Shown here: positions 35,932 through 44,118 of the stretch, piece after piece
How the letters are laid out: the number at the start of each line of letters is the position of its first letter
Position numbering within the stretch: position 1 is the first letter of the stretch
Source of the DNA: Candidatus Poseidoniaceae archaeon
Lineage (GTDB): Archaea; Thermoplasmatota; Poseidoniia; Poseidoniales; Poseidoniaceae
Assembly (NCBI GenBank): GCA_965659685.1
Contig: CBFHXB010000004.1
Span: forward strand, 14,917-78,916
DNA length: 64,000 bases
Reading direction: 5' to 3'
Notes under the pieces: model-generated
Told to the model about the DNA's origin: nothing
Seen by the model: only the letters and a program-made list of their open reading frames with translations
Databases searched by the model: none
Position numbers and translations under genes: made by a program

Positions 35932-38446
35932 CCGCGGCGTGGACCTGCCCCTGAACGTCCCGCATTCGGGACTTGGCGCCCAACTCCCGGAACACGGTCA
36001 AAGCGCGTTGGAGGTATTCCATGCGTCGCTGCTTGTCGGGCGTGACGCCACCGAGTTTCGAGAGGAGTTCACCGATTTGCATGCGAAGGTCGTTGGCTTC
36101 GGCGATGACCAGGGCTTGGCGGTACTGTTCGGTGGCCTCCTCCACACGACCACCGTCTTCGTGGACCTCACCGAGGAGAATGCTGATCTCGACCGTCGCG
36201 AGCACGTCCCCACCTTGCGTCAGGGCCTCCACAGCGCTGGAATAGTGGTGAAGCGCAAGTTCGGTGTCCTTCATCTTCGCATAGAACCGTCCGAGCACGG
36301 CTTGGGCACGAGCGTGAAGCATCGCTTCCTCGGTTTCGCTCGTGCTCTCGAAGGCCTTGATGGCGTGGTCACGTGCGCGGTCGACCTCACCGAGGTCGAG
36401 GAAGGCTCGGGCCAAACTGATCCGCGAACCGACCAATTCGTCGGGAGACGCGCTGGTGGCGAGGATGGTTTCCACTTGGGCGTAGGCTTCCAGAGCGGCT
36501 TTCTGGTCGTTCTTTCGCCTCAGGAGGTAGCCCATGTTGTTGTACGTGCGGGTGGCCCCTTGCTCGTCTTCCAAGGCAATGAATCCCTTCAGGGCTTCCC
36601 GGTGCAATTCCAAGGCCTCGTCAGGTTGGCCTTGCTTGAGGCACACGTCGGCCAGGGTCGAACGAACTTCAGAGGCGGTTCGGTGGTCGTCTGCGCCCAT
36701 AGCGCCGTCAAGCGCCAAGGTCAGGGATGCTTGGGCTTCGTCCAACCGTCCCTGCAGGGCGAGCACTTCTCCTGAGAGTTGGTGCAACCGTGCCCCTTCG
36801 GACCCTTCCAAATCCTCGAAGGGAACCCGTTCCAGCAGGGTCAAGACCTCCATGTGTCCCTTGCTGACCAAGCCACGACCCTCGTGGGTCAACAGATGAA
36901 CGGCATCCTCGAGTTCCTCGCATTCAAGCAGGTGATGGATGTACTCGACCAATTGCTCCGCCGTCGCGTGATGCTCGGAATACCAGGCAATGCAGCGACG
37001 GTGGAGGTCCTGCCGCTGTTGTTGGTCCAGACTGCGCAGGAGGAATTCTCGGATCAAATCGTGCACGTCGAAGGTCTTGCTGTCCGCTTGACGGGCCAAG
37101 CCTTGGTCCACCAAGGAATCCAACACGTCGAGGTCCAGATCCTGCTGGCCAAGAGCGTCGATCGAAACGGACTCACGGAACACGGAGAGGGCCGCCAAGA
37201 CACGCTTCTCTTCCGCGGTCAGCTTTGAGAAAATCTCCACAGAGACGTAGGTCTCCAGGGATTCGTGGTAAGCACCGGCCGAGGCTCCGCGGTTGATGAG
37301 TTCCAACACGAGCGGGTGACCGCGGGACAAACCGTGGATGTGAAGCCACTGCTCGTCCGAGAGGTCCTCGAAACTGCTCAGGAGTTGCCGCGTGGCCTCC
37401 GGGTCGAGTCCGTCGAGCGGCAAGACGAAACTGGAAATCCTTCCTTCGGCGTCCTTCGCGGCAACAACGGGTTTGAACGAACGCGAAAAGAGCACCAAAC
37501 CAACGAGGTCCTCGGCTTCGATGAGGTTCAACGCAACCGCCTGAATGGTTTGGTGAAGGACAGCATCCGACACCTTGTGGTAGTCGTCGAGGATGAGCAG
37601 CGAAGGTGTACCGGAAAGCGCATCGACGATCAAACGGGCGGCGTCGGAGGGTTGGGGGACCGGTGTCGCCGCTAGGTAGTCCGAGAAGGAGGCGTCACCC
37701 ATGTTCGCAAGCCATTCAGCGATCGACTCCAAGCACGCACGGGCGCTTTCCCAATCCTGACAACGGTGGTAGAGCATGTTCCGACGGTGCGTGAACCGCT
37801 CAACCAACTTCCCCGCCACGGTCGTCTTGCCAATGCCGGCGATGCCAGGCACAAGCAAGGTGGTGGCCCGAGCGTCAAGCAGGCTGACGATGTGATCGAG
37901 TTCACGTTCGCGACCGTAGAATCGCCTGACGCGGGGAAGGTCCGCAAAGGAGGTCACCAGTTGCTTCTCGACGTGCTTCGAGAGGTCACGGTCGACCAAA
38001 TCAGGAGAAAGGCCACGGACGTCCAAGACACCGTTGTCGTCCATGTACCGAATGACGTCCACGGGTCGCATGGGGAAGGGGAGAACCTCGTGCACCGATC
38101 CAAGGTCGCTTCGCTTCGAAGAACCGTCTTCAAGCAAACAATGCACAGGGTGGCTTCGCAACCGCTGCCACGTTTCTTCCGCACCGGTGATGCCGGTGTC
38201 GGTCAAGAAGTACGCCTTGCGTTTTCTGGCAACACCGGAAACGTGGGCCTGCCGTTCAACCAGCAAACCGGAATCCTTCAACGAGGCAATGGCCCGGGGC
38301 ACGTTCGATCGTGCGATGGCCACGGCGTTGGCGATTCCCATTTGCGACAGGGCGAACGGGACTTCAACGCTCGACTTGTAGTCGACGTAGTCGCGGAGGT
38401 GAAGCAGGATGCGTTCCTGCACACCCGGTTTTGGATTGCCGCTCAA
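35918..38446 (-). CDS. Winged-helix + STAND NTPase + TPR repeat protein
   Basis: N-terminal wHTH (LSQMGIANAVAIARSNVPRAIASL...YFLTDTG); Walker A GIAGIGKT; Walker B LLILDDYH; GHPLVLEL; VHDLIREF; about 7-8 TPR-like repeats; TTG start with GAGGT RBS overlapping the upstream stop. Confidence 0.85.
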   Translation of the reverse strand: MSGNPKPGVQERILLHLRDYVDYKSSVEVPFALSQMGIANAVAIARSNVPRAIASLKDSGLLVERQAHVSGVARKRKAYFLTDTGITGAEETWQRLRSHPVHCLLEDGSSKRSDLGSVHEVLPFPMRPVDVIRYMDDNGVLDVRGLSPDLVDRDLSKHVEKQLVTSFADLPRVRRFYGRERELDHIVSLLDARATTLLVPGIAGIGKTTVAGKLVERFTHRRNMLYHRCQDWESARACLESIAEWLANMGDASFSDYLAATPVPQPSDAARLIVDALSGTPSLLILDDYHKVSDAVLHQTIQAVALNLIEAEDLVGLVLFSRSFKPVVAAKDAEGRISSFVLPLDGLDPEATRQLLSSFEDLSDEQWLHIHGLSRGHPLVLELINRGASAGAYHESLETYVSVEIFSKLTAEEKRVLAALSVFRESVSIDALGQQDLDLDVLDSLVDQGLARQADSKTFDVHDLIREFLLRSLDQQQRQDLHRRCIAWYSEHHATAEQLVEYIHHLLECEELEDAVHLLTHEGRGLVSKGHMEVLTLLERVPFEDLEGSEGARLHQLSGEVLALQGRLDEAQASLTLALDGAMGADDHRTASEVRSTLADVCLKQGQPDEALELHREALKGFIALEDEQGATRTYNNMGYLLRRKNDQKAALEAYAQVETILATSASPDELVGSRISLARAFLDLGEVDRARDHAIKAFESTSETEEAMLHARAQAVLGRFYAKMKDTELALHHYSSAVEALTQGGDVLATVEISILLGEVHEDGGRVEEATEQYRQALVIAEANDLRMQIGELLSKLGGVTPDKQRRMEYLQRALTVFRELGAKSRMRDVQGQVHAAVMNR

Positions 38447-38455
38447 GTTCCAACC

Positions 38456-41400
38456 TCATTCAGTGGAAGGGACGTAATCGGGGTCTGGGACCCACTGGTT
38501 GGTTTCAGCGTCCCAGATCCATCCAGGGTGCTGTGAACTCGCAGCCGCAGCCGGCGAAGCAACCGCCGTCTGTTGGGCGGGGATCTCCGGAGCGGATTTC
38601 TTGGCCCAAGCGTAGGGATCTTCCTCCACCTGTGCTTCCGCTCCTTCGACCTCTTCCTCGAATTCTTCGTACTCGACAAAGAAGGTCAGAACCAGGGCTG
38701 CCAACACCACCACGACAAGCAAGGCGCCGACAATGACCCAAATCATGGAAAGGCCGCTCTCGGCCGCAGAGGCCGGCGTGAGGGTGTAGTCGCCACCGCT
38801 TCGGGCTTCTTGGCCGTTCATCTCGAAGTAAATGCCCGTTGCCTTGTCGCTGTTGAGCTGGTTCACGGTGATGTCCATCGCCCACGTACCGTCGGAAAGG
38901 ACGCGCGTGGTGTTCAGCCGCAGGTTACCCGATTCGGTCCTTGCTGACACGGTGGAGCCGGGAAGACCGGTGCCCGAGAAGGAGGCGGAAACGTCGGTGT
39001 CAAGGTACGCCTCGTTGCTGACCTTTTGCACGTCGAACTCGACGGCCCGGACCAGGAAGTTGACCCGGAAGGAATACGCCACGGAGCCGTACTCGTCTTG
39101 CGCTTCAAACATCACCTGCTCAAGGGACCACTCGCTGATTTCTGTCGTGGTCTGTGCCATGCCGTCCATCGGGTTGTAGGTCGCCACACCGCGGGCGTTG
39201 ATCGTGATGTATGCAGGGTAGTCGTCGTCTTCAAAGGTCGCTGGATCGTCAAACACGTCGTAGATCAGGAGCGTGGAATCCACGTCCAAGTCGCTGAAGA
39301 AGGCCGCCAAATCGATGCTTTGGCCAGAGCCACATCGGTCGATGCTGTTCGAGTATTGGTCGCAGAAAATCGTCAGCGTCTGAGGCCAGTCCAAGCCGTT
39401 GAACACCGGTGCGTTGTTCTCACGGTCAACCGGGTTGTCGATGCGGACACGACGGCGGACTTCTTCGGAGTAATCCTCGCCGTCGTAGGCTCGAACGATG
39501 ATTTCGTATTGTTGGTCGTGGATGTATTTCGAGGTGTCCCAGGTCACCTGCCATGCACCGTTGGACAGGAATTGGGTGACGATGAGTTCCTCGTCAGACA
39601 TCAGGATGCTGGAGGCGAGGTCCAACACTTGGACCTCAACACGCGTTACTTGACCGTCGTTGTCCAACGCACCGCCTTGGAGGTAGGAGGAATCGCTCGC
39701 ACGAAGGATGCCTCCGTCGATGACGAGGTCGCCTTCAGCAGTGTAAGCATCCACGGTCACGAAGGGTGGTGTGTTGTCGTTCTCAATGATGAGGGTACGT
39801 CGCTCGACGGTGCAACCGTCCGGCCAATCGATGCAGAAGTCGGAGTCGGCTGCCCAGACCTCGAAGGTGTATTCCCCACTGGGCAGGTCTTCGAAGTTCC
39901 ACTGGTATTCCCAAGCGGTCTGACCAGGCGTGTACAGGTGTGAGAAGTAGTCGTTGGGCCCGGTGATGTTGAACCAAATCTGTTGGATGTCTGAGCCCTG
40001 CACGCCCGAGTAAGGGTCGGAAGCCGTCCCTGTGAACAGCACCTTGCCGTTGCGGTGCGTCGAACCGTCGAGTGGCTCGTTGAGGATCAACGACGGAGCC
40101 ACAAGGTTGAGTTTGTACTTGCGTGTTTCTTGAGGCGAGGTGTCCAAACCGTCGAAGGCACGAACGCGGAAGGTCACGTCGCTTTCGCCTTCAGGGTGTC
40201 CGGACAGGTCCCATTCAAACGACCACGTCTTGAACGGATGGTTGTTCTTGGTGATCTCTCCGTTTGCCCCAGAGGTGTCCGTGGCCGAATACCACGACTG
40301 GCTGCCGGGTGGCTGGATCTCAACACGCTTGACGATGCCGAACTGCTTCTCGTAGGCGATTTGGTCGAGCGCATATTCACCGGGGCTACCGCTTCCCGCG
40401 ATGCCGTCCCAAGCCGCTCCAGTCAGGGTCACCGTGGTCGCAAAAGATGCTCCATCGAGTTGATCCACGACCACGCTTGGTCGAAGGTTGTCGAGGTTGA
40501 TGACGTCGTCCACGCCACCGGTCAAGGTAAACGAGAAGGTTTTCTCGCCCTTGCCGAACTTGTAGGCTTCCACGGTGTAGAAGGCCTGCTCACGTCCGTT
40601 GACGCAATCTTCGTCAGCCGTGTCGACCTTGGTGTCACCGTCGTTGTCGTAGCCGTCCGCGCAGGAGTTCTCATCGATGGATTCGACGGTTGGCGTTCCG
40701 GGGACGTCCACCGCGGTGTCCCCGACGATGTGGTTCCAGTTTCGGTCGATCAGGAAGTCACTGGGGAGGGAAACGAAATCGGTGAATCCGAACGCATCGG
40801 TTTCCAATTCGTACAACGGAAGACCGACCGAGTCACGGATGACCACCGTGGCGTCGGCGACGTTGGAACCTGCCGCCTTCACTTGGTAACGAACAAGTTC
40901 ACCTTGGCGCACTTGCGTGCCCCACTCGGAGTTTTGATTCTGAACGAAAATCTTCGACGTGTCGAAGTTTTGGAGGTCCGCGTAAGAGAAGACGGTGGAG
41001 TTGGTCACCAGCTCGATGGCGAGTGGCATGTCGCGTGGCGGCAATTCTGCCGAGACGGGAAGTTGCAGGCACTCGTCCGTTACGTAGGGGCACTCCGCGC
41101 CTTCCCAGGCGAGCATCACGGGATAACCGGAGGACACATCGGGAATGAACTCGGATTGCACCGTGATTCGGGATTCTGTGACGTTGTACACTTGGGTGGC
41201 GTTGGTCCACGTGTTGCCTGAGAAGTAACCAATGGAACCGTACTTGTTGCCGTAATTGTCGTCGAATTGGAAGATGCGGACGGCGAAGTCACCGGTCTCC
41301 ATCTCGTTGTCCTGAACGTTCACGATGCCACCGTTGACGCGGAGCGCATCGCCCATGTTGTTGGCCACACGGTTGTTTTCGATGGTCGCGCTGGCCATGA

Positions 41401-42802
41401 ACACGTGGATGGCAGGGCAAGCGAAGTCACCGCCGTACATCCAGTTCGAGTTGCAGGTGCCGGAGTTGTTCTCGATGATGTTGTTGGCGAAGTACATCCG
41501 GTTCGCACTTGGCGAGGGCACGCTCCAACCTTGGTCGCGGTAGTGGTATTCTCCGAGAACCACAGGCTCGCGGGCCGTGTCGTGAATCGTGTTGTTCTCC
41601 GCGATCACGTCAGAGGAGCCGTAAATCCAGAATCCATTGTACCCCTCGATCGGCCCGATGTCGTTGTTGTACGCTTCGACCACCGACGAGCGGATACCAA
41701 AGCCGGAACCGCTGGTGGCTCCGGAAATGGAGTTCCCTGTGGCGGAAACGCGGGCACCGTCGTACGCGGTGATGCCGGCACCTTCGCCGGTGGTGATGGT
41801 GTTGTCGTCGATGTAAAGCGTGTGCTCAATGTCACCGGTTTGCTTGAACGAGTTGGTGTCGATGGCGTTGCACAGGACGTCGACGGTGGAGTTGGTCAGC
41901 CAGCCCGAGGTGCCGCGCATGAAGACACCGTAGGCGTTGTCGCTGATGCTCAAGCGTTCCAAGCGGATGTAGGAATCCTCGGTGTAAATGACCGAGAATC
42001 CGCCGCCTTGGTTGCCGCACTGAGCTTCGGTGTCACCAGTAAAACTCGAGTCCAAAACACGCATGGTGGAAAGAATTCCGAGGCCGGCTCCGTACGCCTG
42101 GATGGATGCAGCCTTGTACGACTGTTCGTCGACGCCGAGGGAAAACTCGGAGTTGGTGATGGTCGGGGAAGCCGCGTTGAGGGCGATGACGTTGCTGGTG
42201 TTGATGTCCGAGAAGGACAGCCCGTTCGCGTCGAAGCTGGAGCCGTCGAAGATGAGTGCTCCATAGAGGTACTTCTGAGCGTTCACGGAATAAATCGGGA
42301 AGCCGTAGGCCTTTTCGAAGTGAACATAATTCAGGCTGGTGATCGCTTCGTCAATGGTGTTGCGGAAGATCACGCCACCACCGCAAGAAGCATCGGTGTT
42401 GTAGAGCGGAACTTGCGCATTGGGGCTGTAGCATCGCCCGGTGGCAGACGCGTTGGCAGGGTTGCCCCAGAGGAAGCGAACTGGGGAGCTTTGGCTTCCT
42501 TGGGTGGCGCCGCAGGAAGCATCACCAGCGCAGATGGCGCCCTTGACGTTCACGAACGTACCGGCAGGAACGTTGACCGTGGTTCCTGCGTTGATGATGA
42601 GCTTGGCACCTTCGGCCACCTCAACGTCGCCCGTCAGGGTATGGGTGCCCGACCAGGTTTCAGTACCAACGACGATGCCAGATTTCGTCTCGTTGTTGGC
42701 CGAGACGGTCGGGACGGTCACCATGCCGACCATGAGCGACATGAGAAGGAGGGTCACGAGGGAGATGCTGCTGAGGGGACGTGTCTTGGTCACGGTATCC
42801 AC
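38456..42802 (-). CDS. 1448-aa surface protein: right-handed parallel beta-helix (pectin-lyase/NosD-like) region, Ig-like domains, C-terminal TM and aromatic tail
   Basis: Signal peptide; repeated GIxx/NxIxxN beta-helix coils; CADGYDNDGDTKVDTADEDC motif; GxAxD-NDG-V-RVEV Ig-like repeats; TM; tail HPGWIWDAETNQWVPDPDY. Confidence 0.78.
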   Translation of the reverse strand: MDTVTKTRPLSSISLVTLLLMSLMVGMVTVPTVSANNETKSGIVVGTETWSGTHTLTGDVEVAEGAKLIINAGTTVNVPAGTFVNVKGAICAGDASCGATQGSQSSPVRFLWGNPANASATGRCYSPNAQVPLYNTDASCGGGVIFRNTIDEAITSLNYVHFEKAYGFPIYSVNAQKYLYGALIFDGSSFDANGLSFSDINTSNVIALNAASPTITNSEFSLGVDEQSYKAASIQAYGAGLGILSTMRVLDSSFTGDTEAQCGNQGGGFSVIYTEDSYIRLERLSISDNAYGVFMRGTSGWLTNSTVDVLCNAIDTNSFKQTGDIEHTLYIDDNTITTGEGAGITAYDGARVSATGNSISGATSGSGFGIRSSVVEAYNNDIGPIEGYNGFWIYGSSDVIAENNTIHDTAREPVVLGEYHYRDQGWSVPSPSANRMYFANNIIENNSGTCNSNWMYGGDFACPAIHVFMASATIENNRVANNMGDALRVNGGIVNVQDNEMETGDFAVRIFQFDDNYGNKYGSIGYFSGNTWTNATQVYNVTESRITVQSEFIPDVSSGYPVMLAWEGAECPYVTDECLQLPVSAELPPRDMPLAIELVTNSTVFSYADLQNFDTSKIFVQNQNSEWGTQVRQGELVRYQVKAAGSNVADATVVIRDSVGLPLYELETDAFGFTDFVSLPSDFLIDRNWNHIVGDTAVDVPGTPTVESIDENSCADGYDNDGDTKVDTADEDCVNGREQAFYTVEAYKFGKGEKTFSFTLTGGVDDVINLDNLRPSVVVDQLDGASFATTVTLTGAAWDGIAGSGSPGEYALDQIAYEKQFGIVKRVEIQPPGSQSWYSATDTSGANGEITKNNHPFKTWSFEWDLSGHPEGESDVTFRVRAFDGLDTSPQETRKYKLNLVAPSLILNEPLDGSTHRNGKVLFTGTASDPYSGVQGSDIQQIWFNITGPNDYFSHLYTPGQTAWEYQWNFEDLPSGEYTFEVWAADSDFCIDWPDGCTVERRTLIIENDNTPPFVTVDAYTAEGDLVIDGGILRASDSSYLQGGALDNDGQVTRVEVQVLDLASSILMSDEELIVTQFLSNGAWQVTWDTSKYIHDQQYEIIVRAYDGEDYSEEVRRRVRIDNPVDRENNAPVFNGLDWPQTLTIFCDQYSNSIDRCGSGQSIDLAAFFSDLDVDSTLLIYDVFDDPATFEDDDYPAYITINARGVATYNPMDGMAQTTTEISEWSLEQVMFEAQDEYGSVAYSFRVNFLVRAVEFDVQKVSNEAYLDTDVSASFSGTGLPGSTVSARTESGNLRLNTTRVLSDGTWAMDITVNQLNSDKATGIYFEMNGQEARSGGDYTLTPASAAESGLSMIWVIVGALLVVVVLAALVLTFFVEYEEFEEEVEGAEAQVEEDPYAWAKKSAPEIPAQQTAVASPAAAASSQHPGWIWDAETNQWVPDPDYVPSTE

Positions 42803-42826
42803 CGTATCTCCCGTACTTCGGACGAG

Positions 42827-42832
42827 ATATAA
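42827..42832 (-). promoter_or_regulatory. TATA box (TTATAT) of the beta-helix/STAND operon
   Basis: Near-consensus archaeal TATA, 24 nt upstream of GTG 42802 (leaderless spacing). Confidence 0.65.
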
Positions 42833-42835
42833 CGC

Positions 42836-42870
42836 TGTGGGCCGAATTGTGTGCCGGATTGTGTCGAAAT
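42836..42870. repeat. Three imperfect tandem 12-bp direct repeats immediately upstream of the TATA box
   Basis: TGTGGGCCGAAT (42836-47), TGTGTGCCGGAT (42848-59), TGTGTCGAAAT (42860-70). Confidence 0.7.
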
Positions 42871-42899
42871 GGCGCCCGTTGTATCAAACAAAAGGGCCA

Positions 42900-44084
42900 T
42901 CAAAACGCGGTCGAGCAGGTCGGATCGACGGCCTCAAACCACGCCATGGCGTCCAAACCACCGTACCCTGTTCGATCGTCATGAACGCCCCCCAAGGAAC
43001 TTCTCAGGGCTTCTTTCACATGCGTCACGCACCGGTCGTCTCCAACGCGCATGTCTGGATGAGCCTCCAAAATCATCGCCAAAGCGGACGTGACGAGGAC
43101 GGTTGAAACCGAAGTTCCACTGGATGAAAACCAAGCGTCATCAGCACCCGTTGAAATGACGTTGACGCCCGGAGCATGAACTTCTGGCTTCATGTTCGGA
43201 TCTTCACCAAGTCCACTTCCGCTGGAGGAATTGGTCCAAATTTCACCCGATTCGTTGGAGGCGGCCACAGAGATGACCCGAGGCAAGAAAGCAGGGGATG
43301 CCACACGCCCGTCGTCGTCAGGACCACCGTCGTTGCCGGCCGCAGCGACCACGAAGATGCCCGCATCCAGCGCCCGCCGGACGGACGAAACGACCACGTC
43401 GCGTTGACTTTCGACCTGTTCCCCCCCCAAGGAGAGGGAAATGAGGTCGGCCTCGAAGCCCGTTCTGCACCAATCGATGGCCTCGGCACCGACGGCGTCG
43501 TCGCCCGTGTTTTCACCCTCGTCGTCGCCAGAGAGGGCTGCTGCAACCCCCAAGGTCACGCCTGGCGCGGCCCCTTTCTGATGGCCGTCGGCCATCATCA
43601 GCCCCACCATCATCGTGCCGTGGGCGGTTGCTCCCCGATCGAGAGGAGCGGTTGAACCTCCGATGAAATCACGAAACACCACGTCGATGTCGGACAACGC
43701 AGAGTGGCTGGTGTCCACCCCTGTGTCCACCACGCAGACCCGAACACCCGAGCCATCGTAGCCTTCGTCTGCGAGATCTCGAAGGCCGGTGCTTTCGAAG
43801 GCCCATTCAGAATCGTCAAGCGGGATTTCAACGAACAGCCACCCCTGAGAGGCGATCAAACCTGCAAGGATAACAAGCACCACCAATCCGAGCGAAGAAC
43901 GGGCGACGCGCCGGCGTCGATGCGGTACTGCGCTGACCAGCGTTGGAGCCCAGCCCATGACCTCAGAGCGCCATTCAGCTTCGTGCTCCACCGCGGATGG
44001 GTCCACGGCGGTCAGCATACGCGGTTCTCCCGGCTCCGGGAGGAACTCCATGCCTTCCAGCGCCGACGGCCTCACGGCTGACAT
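42900..44084 (-). CDS. Membrane-anchored S8 (subtilisin-like) serine peptidase
   Basis: Triad motifs VVDTG, HGT, GTS; oxyanion AAGNDG; ISLSLG; N-terminal TM; GGAGG RBS. Confidence 0.9.
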   Translation of the reverse strand: MSAVRPSALEGMEFLPEPGEPRMLTAVDPSAVEHEAEWRSEVMGWAPTLVSAVPHRRRRVARSSLGLVVLVILAGLIASQGWLFVEIPLDDSEWAFESTGLRDLADEGYDGSGVRVCVVDTGVDTSHSALSDIDVVFRDFIGGSTAPLDRGATAHGTMMVGLMMADGHQKGAAPGVTLGVAAALSGDDEGENTGDDAVGAEAIDWCRTGFEADLISLSLGGEQVESQRDVVVSSVRRALDAGIFVVAAAGNDGGPDDDGRVASPAFLPRVISVAASNESGEIWTNSSSGSGLGEDPNMKPEVHAPGVNVISTGADDAWFSSSGTSVSTVLVTSALAMILEAHPDMRVGDDRCVTHVKEALRSSLGGVHDDRTGYGGLDAMAWFEAVDPTCSTAF

Positions 44085-44118
44085 TGGAGTCCCTCCGCAT
44101 TTGAAGGCGTGTTGCTCA

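Noticed and set aside
35918-38446. STAND protein as an Avs-type antiviral system
   Set aside because: No nuclease, TIR, SIR2 or protease effector, and no defence-island context. It is kept as a regulatory hypothesis only.
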